From positions 85,686,001-85,750,000 of the forward strand of contig NC_045696.1 in assembly GCF_009834535.1 (NCBI RefSeq): a DNA stretch of 64,000 nucleotides, read 5' to 3'. This DNA comes from Camelus ferus (lineage: Eukaryota). Positions within the stretch are counted from its first letter, which is position 1, and each line of letters starts with the position of its first letter. Below the pieces are notes generated by a model. That model worked only from the letters and a program-made list of their open reading frames with translations, had not been told where the DNA came from and ran no database searches. Positions 26,700-38,345 of this stretch are shown here, in pieces. A program made the translations under genes and the position numbers.

Positions 26700-29600
26700 A
26701 ACAGCCCCTCTGTATCACATGGCCATAAGCAATTTATTCTTGGTTGACAGAAAAACAACCCTAGAAAGTGGCAGCCTAACAAGACAAAAATAATTTGAGA
26801 CAATAACCACTCTACTACAGTAAAAACAAAAAACCAAAAAACCAAAAACAAAACTGTGACCCCACAAGCCCACACACATTAGCAAAACCTGAGTAGGGAG
26901 TACAGACTTCTACCCTCACAAGTATGTACTAAAGTGTCTCTACAACCTCACTGGGATTATCTCAGTAGAGATCACGTGGGGAGTCTGGACTTGAACCTTC
27001 ACTGGGTAGTAACCAGATGCCCTTCCCCTTCCCCTCTGGAATGGTGTCAAAGGATGCTTAATGGAGTTAGGATTTTCACCATCACCTGGCAGAAATGAAG
27101 TCATCCCTACTGCAGCATTAGTGGACACCTGGGGAGCCAGAAGCCCCACCCTCACCCAGTAAAATGAAAACCCTCCCTCTCATGTGTGAATGCAGACCAA
27201 GTGGGGAAACTCAGATTTCTCCCTCCCTCTAGTAGTAATGAGAAGGTACCCTTCTTTTTCCCAATGTAGGGAGCAATCTCAAATAAAGCCAGTTAAACAG
27301 AAGATTTAAGTAAGATGTAAGGAGTCATAATATAAAATTAAATATTCAGGTTTCAATCACAAACCATTGATCATCCAAGTACCAGGAAGACCTCCAACTA
27401 ATGAAAAAGACAATCAATATGCCAAATGTTGAACTATCTGACAAAAATTTTTAAGCAGTTTTTATGATCATTCTCGAAATAAAGGAAGGGAAAAAAAAAA
27501 AAGAACAGAAAGCCTCAGTGAATAAATAGAAAGTTTTGGTAAAGGAAAAAAAAAGATACAAAGAAACACCAAATGGAAATTTTTGAACTGAAAAACATAA
27601 TAATTAAAATAAAAATCTCAGTGGATGACCTGGATTATAATGAAAAGAATCAGTAACATGGAAAATGGAACCATAAAATTACCAGTCTGAACAGAGAAAA
27701 AGTAGACTAAGAAAAAAACCCACAACCTCAGGGACCTGTAATAAATAATAATAAAAGATCTAACATTTTTGTCATCACAGTCATGGAAGGAGAGAAGAAA
27801 GGGAAATGCTGAAAAAGTACTTGAAGAACCAACAGCTGAAAACTTCACAAATATGACAAGAGACATGAACCTGCAGATTCAAGAAATAAGCAAATCCCAA
27901 ATAGGAGAAACCTAAGGAAACCAACACCAGGACACATCATAATTAAGATGAAAGCTAAAACCAAAGAAAATATCTTGAAAGCAGTCAGAGAAAAATGACA
28001 CTGTTCTTCTAGGGGAAAAACAATTTAAAGGATAGAGGATTTTCTATCAGAAACCACAGAAATCAGAAAGAATTGGCAAAACAGGAAGGAACTGTCAACC
28101 AGCATCTTATATCTAGCAAAAATATCCTTCAGTAACAAAAGGAAAATCAAGACATTATCCAATGAAGAAAAACTAAGGGAATTTTTCACCAGAAGACCTC
28201 CCTTAAAAAACTGACCAAAGTTTTCCAAACATAAAAGGGACAATAAAAGAAGGAATCTTGAAACAACAGTAGGAAGAAAGAACATGCATGGTAAGCAAAA
28301 TACGAGTAAATGCAACAAGCTTTCCTTCTCCCCTGAGTTTTCTAATTTATGTTTGAAGGTTAAAGCAATCATAAGACTGTCTAATGTGGTTACAAATACA
28401 TGTGGAAGAAATATTTAAAACAATTATATTATAAATGTGAGAAAACAAGGGATACACAGGGAAATGATTTTTATACTTCACAAAAATTTATAAAATGATA
28501 ATGCAAGTTGACTGTGATAATAAATATGTATATATAATGTAATACCTAGATATACAATCAATTTTTAAAAACTACACAAAGATACATTCAAAAACACTGG
28601 AAAGATACACCCAAAAACAAAGGAAGGAAAAAAGAACACAAATAGGGAAAAAAGGCAGACTTAAGCCTTAACATATCACTAATTATTTTAAATGCAAATG
28701 GCATAAGTGGATATAAATATACCAATTAAAAGGCAAAGATTGGCAGACTGGACCAAAAATCATGGCCCAATTATATGCTGTCTATATGAAATTCATGTAT
28801 ACTAATATAGACAAGTTGAAAGTGTAAGGATGGAAAATATATATAATACAAACATTAATCAAAGGAAAGCAAAAGTCGCTCTGTGACTATCAAATTAAAT
28901 AGACTTCAGAAAAAATAAAGTTAACAGGGACAAAGAGGGGCATTATATAATACTAAAAACTGCCAATTCAAAAAGAAGACACAGCAATTCTAAGTATATC
29001 AAACAATGAAGCTGTAAAATATGTGAAGCAAAAATAGGTAAAACTAAAAGGTGAAACAGAAAAATCCACAATTATAGTTAGACACTTCAACAGTATTCTC
29101 TCAGCAATTGATAGAATATCTAGACAGACAAGCAGCAAGGATAAAGAAAATCTCAACAAAATCAACCATCTGGATCCTATTAAAATTTTTAGAACTCTTT
29201 ACCCAACAGCAGCAGAATATACATTCTTTTAATGTTCCACAGAATATAGACCAATATAGGCCATACTCTGGGCAATAAAACAAACTTTAAAAAGCTGAAA
29301 TTTTAAGACTGTATCCTCTGACTACTTTGAAGTAAAACCAGAAATCAGTAACAGAAAAGATACCAGGTAAACCTCCAAACCATTAGAGACTAAAACAAAC
29401 AAAAAAAACTGAAAAAAAACCCCAACAACAAACAAACAAACAAACAAAACCCCCCAAACCCCGCCACAATTCTAAATAATCCAGGTGCTAAGGAGAAAGT
29501 CTCAAGGGAAAGTTTAAAAAATGAACTGAATGAAAATGCAAATACAACATATCAAATTTGTGGGACATACCTAAAGCAATGAATAGAGTAAAACTTACAG

Positions 29601-32600
29601 CACTAAGTGCATATATTAGAAAGAAGAAATTTCAAATCAATAATCTAGGTCTTTTCTCAAGAATCTAGAAAAATCAATATAAACCAAAAGCAAGCAGAAA
29701 GAAGGACATAGTAAAAATTAGACCAGATTTAAATTCAATTGAAAACAGAAAACAATACAGAAAAATCAATGAAGAGAAGAGCTAGTTCTTTGAAAAGATC
29801 AATAAAATTTGACAAACTTCTAGCAAAACTGGAAAAAAAAAAAACAGAAAAGATGCAAATTACCAATATCAGAAATAAAACAGAGACTACCACCACAGAC
29901 CCTTCAGACATCAAAAGAATAACAAGGAAATACTGTGAACAACTTTACACACATCACACATGGATTTGACACAAGAAAGAAATTCTTTAGAAAACACAAA
30001 CTATCACAACTTGTCCAATGTGAAATAAATAATTTAAGTAGCCCTATACTTATTAAGGAAAATGATTTCACAACTTTGAAAATCCAGAAAAAGAGAAATA
30101 TCCAGGTCCAGAGGATTTCACTGGAGAATTCTACCAAACATTTAAAGAATTAACACAAATTCAAAACTCTCTCTTCTGGAAAATACAAGAAAATAGAAAA
30201 TTTTCCAATTAATCTTTATGAAACTAGTAGTACTTAAATACCAAAATAAGACAAAAAACAATCAGTACACAAAAAAGAAAAATACAAACATACATCCCTC
30301 ATGAATACAAAAGCAAAAGTCCTAACAAATTATTAGCAAGCAGAATTCAGTAATATTTAAAAGAATTATAAATCATAATCAAGTAGGGTTTATCCCAGAT
30401 ATGCAAAGCTGGTTCAAAATGTGAAGATCTGTGTAATCCACCATATCAACAACTTAAAGAAGAAAAATCATGTGATCTTATCAGTTGATACATAAAATTT
30501 CACAAATTTCAACATCCACATATGATAAAAATAGGAATAACAAGAATAATGATAAGGAGCATCTACAAAAGAATACCGTTAAAATTATATTTAATACTCA
30601 AAGAATAAATTATTTCCCCTACAGACTGAGAACAAGTATGCCCACCTTCACCACTTTTATTCAACATAGCACTGGAACTTCCTACCAGTATAAGGCAAGA
30701 AAAGGAAATAAGTTATACAAATCAGGCAAAAAAAAAAAAAAAAAAAAAAAAAGAAATCAAACTGCCCCTGTTTGCATGTGACATGACTGCCTACATACAA
30801 AATCCAAGGAATTACAAAATAGCTAGAACTAATAAGTGAGATGACCAAGGTTCAAAGATAGAAGCTAAAATTTTAAAATCCATATTAGCAATAAATATAT
30901 GGAAACTAAAATTTTTTAAAAAATTGCACACAAAAATGAAATGTTTAGACATAAATCTAACAAAATGTACTGGACTTGCATGCTGAAAACTACATAAAGC
31001 TGATAAAAGAAATCAAAGATGATTTAAATATACAGACAGACATAATATGTTCATGTATTTAAGACTCAACATAGTAAAAATGTCAAATATCCCTAAATGG
31101 ATAGGCAACAGGTTTAATGTAATTCTCATCAAAATCCAAGCAAGATTTTTTTCATAGATTAGATAAGATTCCTCTAAAATGTATATTAAAAAAGGGAACT
31201 AACTGAATAGAAGGAACTATTTCCAGTTTCTGAAACAATTTTGAAAAAAAAAGAAGAAAATGGAAACAGTCTACCAATTTTAAGACATTATATAGTACAA
31301 TAATCAAGACAATGTGGTATTGGTGGGAGAATAAACACATAGTTCAATGGGTTAGAACACAGAAACCAGATATAGACCCACAAAAATATGCCCAATTGAT
31401 GTTTGGAGAAGATAAAAGAAATTCAATGGGATGTAGCAGTGTTCCCCCAAAATGGTCCCGGAGCAACTGGACATACAAAAGGGGGGAAAAAAAGATTCTC
31501 ACCTTTTATACAAAAATTAACTCAACGTGAAATCACATATTTAAATAGAAAACTTTTAGGAAAACAGAATAGAAGAAAACCTTTAGGATCTAGAGCTAGA
31601 CAATTTGTTCTTAGATTTGGCACTAAAAGTACCACTCATAAAAAGAAAATTTGATGAGTTGTACATCAATATTAAAAACTTCTGCTCCCAGTAAAAAAAA
31701 GTTTAAAATAAATAAATAAATAAAATAAACATTATCTTAAAAAAAATACATTAAAAATGTCTAAAAAAAAACCTTCTGCTCTGTGAAAGATCCTGCTAAG
31801 AGAATGGAAAGAAAAGCTGCAAAGCAAGGGGAAATATTTGTGTACTACATATCCAATAAAGACCAAGTATTTGGAATGTATAAAGAAATACCAAAACTTA
31901 AAAATTAAGAAAATAATGTTAATCCAATTAAAAAATGGGCAAAAAACCAATAAGAAACATTTCATTAATGAAGACATATAGATGGCAAATAAACACATGC
32001 ATGTTCAATATCGTTTAAAAAATGTAATTAAAACCACAATGAGATAGTACTTACCAGAATGCCTGAATTAGAAAAAAAAAATAGTGACAACACCAAATGC
32101 TGGTAAGGATTCAGAGAAACTGGATCACGCAGACATTGCTAGTGGGAATGTAAAACGGTAAGCCACTCCCAAAAAGTTTTGCAGTTTTCTAAAACTAAAC
32201 ATGACAACTACCATACTACTCAGAAACTGCACTCCTGGGCATCCCAGAGAAATGAAGATTTATGTTCACACAAAAACTTGTTATAAATCATTTCCTCATA
32301 AAGCCCAACACTGGAAACAACCCAGGTGTCAAACTGGTGAAAGGTTAAAGGAACTTCTATACCAGGCAAAATTACTCAGAAATAAGAAGGAACAAACTAT
32401 TAACACCTTGGATAAATCTCCAGAGAATTATGCTGAGTGAAATAAACAAACACCAAAAGATAACTTATTATATGATTCCATTTATGTAACATCGTTGAAA
32501 TGACAAAATTATACAACTGGAGAATAGATGAGTAGTTGCTGAGAATTAGGAGAAGGTGGGGATTGGGACTGAATTGTGCGGAGCTATAAAAGGACAATAT

Positions 32601-32800
32601 GAGGGATCCCTATGGCTATGGAAATGTTCTGATCTTGACTGTATCAATATCAATACCTTGGTTGAGATACTGTACTATAATTATTTCAAGATGTTACCAT
32701 TGAGGGAAACTAGGTTAAGAATACATGAGATATTTCTGAATTATTCCTTACAACTGTATGCAAATCTATAATAATTTCAAACCAAAAAGTTTTACTAAAT
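26700..32800 (+). mobile_element. Near full-length decayed L1 (L1MC1-like 3' end)
   Basis: A-rich sense strand. ORF1-like remnants at ~27.4-28.3 kb. ORF2 remnants at ~28.7-32.3 kb (e.g. KIDKLLAKL-like, QITNIRN, WYWWENKH, HPREMKIYVHTKTC). 3' UTR aagatgttaccattgagggaaact...ttacaactgtatgcaaatcta. Many stops and frameshifts; 5' boundary approximate. Confidence 0.9.
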
Positions 32801-32909
32801 AAAATCCCTAGCTCTCTTCCTCCTTTCCTTGACACTCACTACACTACCAAAAGTTTCTTTCAAATGGAACAATGAAGTCATTCAAAAATATATTTAAAAA
32901 AAGCAATTG

Positions 32910-33015
32910 CATATGTAAACAAATTTATGTATGTTCATGTATGACTGAAGCATTGTGCTGTACACCAGAAATTGACACAACATTGTAAACTGACTGTACT
33001 TCAAAAACTATATAT
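32910..33015 (+). mobile_element. Young, heavily 5'-truncated L1 3' end with 13-bp TSD
   Basis: tgtatgactgaagcattgtgctgtacaccagaaattgacacaacattgtaaactgactgtacttca flanked by AAAAAAGCAATTG (32897-32909 and 33016-33028). Confidence 0.9.
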
Positions 33016-33634
33016 AAAAAAGCAATTGTAACACATTGTTGATCATAAATGACCATAAATCTTTACCTTGGATGGAAGAATGAAAAGAACCAAATAACAC
33101 CAAATAATGCATAATCCTCTGATACAATGTTTTCTCTGTCATTTATAAAGCTATGGCCACTTTTGATAAATACAAAAAAATCCCACATTTTCACTTTAAT
33201 ATTATCAGGACTTTCAAATTAATGATAATCACTAAACCATTCAAAACAGTAGTCATTTTGACTATGCTTTTTCAACCCTCTTCCCAGACACTGAATGCAC
33301 TGTAATCCAGAAAACACCAACGTGAAAGGAACACAGCCGTAATCTGAGCCAGACAGTTTCTGCTCTGTTTGACTTTATGCCATTCAGGTCTGTGCTGGGT
33401 TCCTGGGGACTTGGAATTGAATATTGTGACTGAGAAGAAAACCAAAATGTTTGGGTAACATCACCAATAAGGAAAACAACAAAAGCACAGAAGAAGAGAA
33501 TACGGTTACGCAACACTAATCTAACTTGAGAACTGCTGCCAGGTAGAGATGACAGAGAAGAGGGGTTTCAGGACAATGAGGCTCATAATTAGATGGCCGT
33601 TTCTTTCCTGTTGCCTCTCGCATTTACAGAAATC

Positions 33635-33900
33635 TGTACCTATATCTGTATCTCGAGAATCCACTTCTCACCACCTTCTCCACTACTATTCTGGGCCAAA
33701 CCACCACCAGGCTGCTCAATTCTTGCAACAGATTGTCTTTACTTCTAAGAGTGATACCCGACTGTTTATTCTCCACAGAACAGCCGAAGAGCCTTACTTA
33801 ACAGAAGTTAGATCGATTGCGTTACTTCACTGCTCAAAGCTGCAATAGCTCCCACTCATCTTAAGGTAAATCCTTAAACTTACCACTGTCCATGAGGCCA
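33635..33900 (+). mobile_element. L2 fragment, left of the CpG island
   Basis: aatccacttctcaccaccttctccact...ctccacagaacagcc...ttacttcactgctcaaagctgcaatagctcccac...cttaccactgtccatgaggcc resembles the L2 3' consensus. Confidence 0.7.
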
Positions 33901-33919
33901 GGCCCCCCATTTCCCCTTT

Positions 33920-34430
33920 GAAAACGCCTCACTCGAGCAGGAGCAGCTCGGGCCGCACCTGAACCCGCTTCCTCCTCAGGCGAGGCCGCGGCCGAGCGCT
34001 GAGGCGCCGGAACCTGTGCCTCCTACTCCCATCCTCCGCTCCGTCCTTCCGCACCGTCTGCACCGTCAGCACCGCAGGGACCCCGCCTGGACCCCAGGGT
34101 CCAAACCTACAGGTCCAACCCCGCCAGCCCCGTTCCTCCATGTCTGCGGGGTCAGACTCACCTCAACACTCGTCCTCGGGCGGCAGGCAACGAGGCCCCG
34201 ACAGGCCCCGGAAGCGGGAAGTGGGCACTTGGGGCCCCGGTACCCGGATGGAGGTCAAAGGTGATGCCGCCCGGGGCTGACGAGCGCGGACTTTCCCTAC
34301 TGTGGCCCGCCAGCGAGCGAGGCCTTGGGGACAGTGAGCACCAGGCGTGCAGAGCAGAGCCCAGCAGCCCGTGGAGTCACTCTGCACAGCCGTCGAGCTC
34401 CGGTTGTTTCTCTCACACCGGGTAAGTGCC
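33920..34430. promoter_or_regulatory. CpG island, putative bidirectional promoter
   Basis: The only strongly GC- and CpG-rich segment in the window. Tandem ETS motifs CCGGAAGCGGGAAGTG (34208-34223), DR1 AGGTCAAAGGTGA (34252-34264), and outward-facing donors at 34162/34161 (- strand) and 34421/34422 (+ strand). Confidence 0.75.
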
Positions 34431-34700
34431 TGCTTAGGTTCTCTGTTGCCTGCTGTCCCTCTGCCCGCAGTATTTGCCACAGGTGTGCATGTGGCACCCT
34501 CCCTGACGGCTTTCAAGGTGTTGCTCAAATCACCCTTGTGATCCATGCCCCTTTCCTTATTTACTTTTTCTTTGTTCAGCCCACTATTCAGTTTCTAAGG
34601 TAGACATTTTACTTTTTTGTCTTCTGTAATGCTCTGCTACAAGGTAACATTCTTCAGGGCAAGGAAAAAAGTTCTTTAGCCATAATAGCTTTAGCTTTTA
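34378..34700 (+). mobile_element. L2 fragment, right of the CpG island core
   Basis: cactctgcacagcc...tgctgtccctctgccc...ctccctgacggctttcaaggtgttgctcaaatcacc...cttcagggcaagga resembles the next segment of the L2 consensus. Confidence 0.65.
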
Positions 34701-37700
34701 GGTCACAGCAAGGACTTCGTGTTCTACTTTAGAGCTGGCTCTTTTCTTCATGCGCAGCTATCTAGATGCAAGCAAACATCCTTGGCTTGAATCATCACAG
34801 TAGCCTTTAGTCTTCATACTATCCAATGTATCCCTTTACATGCATTTAGAGAGTTTTCTAAAATGCAGATTTGATTATATTACTCTCCTGTCTGAAGCCA
34901 TGTAATGTTTTCCCATTGCATTTTGGATTTCATAGTAGTTGAATGAGAAAGCTTATTTGAGAAACAGAAGAATGGTGGAGTATCATTAAGGACAGTTAAG
35001 CTTGAAATCATAGAAGTATTCCCATTCCAGTGTGGCTTCTGAAGATGGCCTTAGGGAAAGGGACTGGTTATGACTTGGAGCACTCTGGAATTTGTGAGCA
35101 ACATGCCAAACTTTGTGTCACCCCTGATCTAGTCTGGACAGTTAAATTTCCCTAAGTCTTCTGCATTTCAGGTTTAGACAGAGTAGGCAGTCAATGGTAT
35201 TCTCCCATGGTTTCTGTTTGCCAGTAGTTTTACAATATTGAGGAACCTGGAAGTTTATTAACATGAAAGAAAGACTTTGGGAGGATTAGGAACCGAGTGA
35301 GAATAAGGGGGGAAACAAGGCAGTATGAGAGCAATTGTTTAGAGAGATTTATAATGTTTCTTGGTACTTAGGAAAGACAGTATCCTCTAATGGCAGGAGG
35401 TGTTAATATTTATCATTAGCCTGATCTCCAGGTGCTATCGGCAGAAATTTGAGATCATGCGGAATCACTGACCAAAAAAAAGATAAAGCTAGAAGTTATC
35501 TTAGTAATATCTAAATATACTACTTAGTAAAAATCTTAGTATACACTTAGTATACTTAGTATATACTTGGTAATCTCTTTACAGCTATTTCATTCCAGGT
35601 AAATTCTGTGAATGTTTACTAATTTAAAATACCTCTATCTTAAGATGGAATGTGGATAAGAGTGTTAGATGATTATGTAAATAATGTCATATTCTTATTT
35701 ATTTGATAGACTTTTCCCATCCGAACATGGATCATACCTGTCTTATTTGTTATTCTTGTTTTCTAGAGCAATACCTGAGATCATGTGTTTTTTTTTAATA
35801 AATGAATTGCATTTATTAGTTTTGTATCATTTTATTTCATGCCATATTACCATTATATGCATAAATTTTTTTAAAACTATTTTACCTGAATGAGAATTTT
35901 GCAGTCTTTTGGTCTGTTTATAATGTCGTGTGAAAAATAACATATGAAGGACAGTTTGAAAGATGCATATTCATGGTAGACTACCTTGAGGTTAGGAAAA
36001 AGGAAAGTCCTTTTATGATGTATTTTAACTTAGATTATATAACAGGTAGATACTCATTACTGTACAGTAAATTGAAAATACATTCAGGTTGTGGAAGTTG
36101 GATTATAGTGGATCTGGATTATAGAATATTTTTGAGGAACATCATTCACACTATTTTAAACTAGAGCTAAAGGAAAATATATAAAATTTAAAAATTGAAT
36201 AAAAATATATGACAGAGAGGTATCTGTTTTAATTATTAAAGAGTAAAATTCATTAGGGCTGTTAAGCACTAGTAAATTTTCAATATAGAGTATAAAAATG
36301 CAAAAATTCATCCCCAAAATGGTAAAGCTTGTGGCATAAGTTTCAGAAGAAAAGTTTATATTTGAATGTAAATGAAACATGAACACTTTGCTGAATTTGA
36401 ATAGTTTATTTTCAAGACTATATGAAGATTTTACAGTTAAAGTTTAATGCTAAATTTTGGAACATAAATCACTCATTATCTACTCATTGAAGACTAAACA
36501 TTATAGTAGGATAAGAGTCAAAACAAAAGTCCCTATCAAAATACACACACGCGCGCACACATACACATATACCACATCCCTACATATTTACATGCCTACT
36601 ATGTATATACACATACAAGTATAATTACTTTATCTACTTACATTTGTCTATATATCTATTATATGTACACACATATATACCTGCTACTTTATAATGTACA
36701 TATGTATTTTCTGAGACTTAAGAGGAACTTTTAAAATATTAAAATTAAAACTGGAAACTAAAACTATTGTGGATGGGAAAGTAATTTTATAATTTTAATA
36801 ACATATGTGTAAACATGGAACTGAAATTCATCACCTAAGATTTAAAAATAAATAAAATGAACATAATAATAGAAGTCAATAATTTTATAAAATGACATCT
36901 AAGCAATGACAGCTTCAAAATGTAAATTTCTTCAGGATTGTATGTTAGATACATAAAAGCATTCATATTGGAACATGTGCTCAATTATTAATTAGTGCTT
37001 TGTCATAATTTTAATTGCATCTCTTGGAATTTTTTCTGTTATCTTTCAAGGATTCACCTTGCTAAATGATTATTCAATTTTAGAAGCATTCTGTTTTCAA
37101 AATGTTGTGAAAGAAAAGGAGCCATGTTAATAAATTATTTAGCCTATTTTAAAATGGCACCACATAAATATTCTGCTAGACCCTCTCTGTGCTTCCTAGA
37201 AACCTCTCTTTACAAAATGTATTGACTCTTTCAGGCAGTCAGGTTGCTCTTTAGTAAATGGCTTTACAGAGCATCAATTTCTGTGTAAACCGGTGCTGGT
37301 TACTCTTCTTTATCAGCCATTCTCAAAAGGACTTTTTTAAAAAGGTGAGAAAAAATTGAATAAATGAAATGAATGAAATGTTTATGTTTCCCTTGGTAAG
37401 TTTGATATATAGATTTGTATACCAATGTGTTTGTATTCTGAGTCTTTTGTTTTAGTTAACACATGTGCCTCGAAAAAGTACATTTCCAACCATGTGGGGA
37501 AAAGCTGATCCATAATTTTGTCTGCTATCTAATCGTTTTTATGGCTGATTATCGTAGGATTTGTGTACTGGACAAAGATCATTTTAAAACAAGCAGAAGT
37601 AAATGCTGTTATAATATGGCTTGCTATTAAATGGAATTAGTTTTATGTCAGATCTTGTCCTCTAAAATATTTAAAGTACATGCTGTAAAATCTTGATAAA

Positions 37701-38169
37701 CTATTCACCTGAAGATAAAGTGATCATAATCCATCTGGATTAAGAAATGCATGAATGAGGAAAGTGTATAGAGTAGATGGAAAGTCAGGGGTCAGGAAGA
37801 GAGGAGAAAGAGAGTAGTAGGCAGGAAACAGAATGTTATGTATGAACAAATAAAGAATATAAAATCTCAACAAAACAGCATAAAGCAAGTGAGTGACTAT
37901 GCTTCAGCAATTGTGTCATTTAATGAAAAATTGCTTTCTTTCAGTTTGTGGCCTTAGAAAGTATCCACAAAGGAGTAGACAAAAATCAATGTCAGATGGT
38001 TCTGAGGAAGGTTTTCTAGTGACTCTCTTATTATTTGTTTACTTTGGAAGAAATGCTTTTATAGACCATCAACGTAACATTCACTTACATACATCTGTGC
38101 TTTCGGGCCATGACTTCATTGGTAGTGGAAGAATTCTATCTTGATCAGCTTTAGAGTTCTTAAAATATA

Positions 38170-38345
38170 AAGAGATTTCCCCAAACTGTTTCATCATGTT
38201 AATTGCCTAGGAATCTAGTTGAAATACAGATTCTTGGGCCACTGCCTTTAAGATTTGGATCCATTATTTCTTGGGCAGAGTCCGGGAGTCTGTTTTTGAT
38301 AATACCAAGTGATTCTTATGTGTCTTCTTTAAGGACCTCTATTTT
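38170..38345. mobile_element. MER5-like hAT MITE
   Basis: tgcctaggaatctagttgaaatacagattcttgggccactgcc...gggcagagtccgggagtctgtttttgataataccaagtgattctt. Confidence 0.6.

Noticed and set aside
27618..32771. Many 60-115 aa ORFs on both strands
   Set aside because: Fragments or antisense frames of the decayed L1.
33929..34603. Six overlapping ORFs (64-127 aa) over the CpG island
   Set aside because: Expected from stop-codon scarcity in GC-rich DNA; no recognisable protein; partly L2-derived.
35505..35575. Short degenerate tandem repeats (tacttagta here; atgcataagtt at ~51550-51597; 19-bp duplication at 46297-46336)
   Set aside because: Ordinary slippage duplications with no repeat-spacer organisation; not CRISPR-like.
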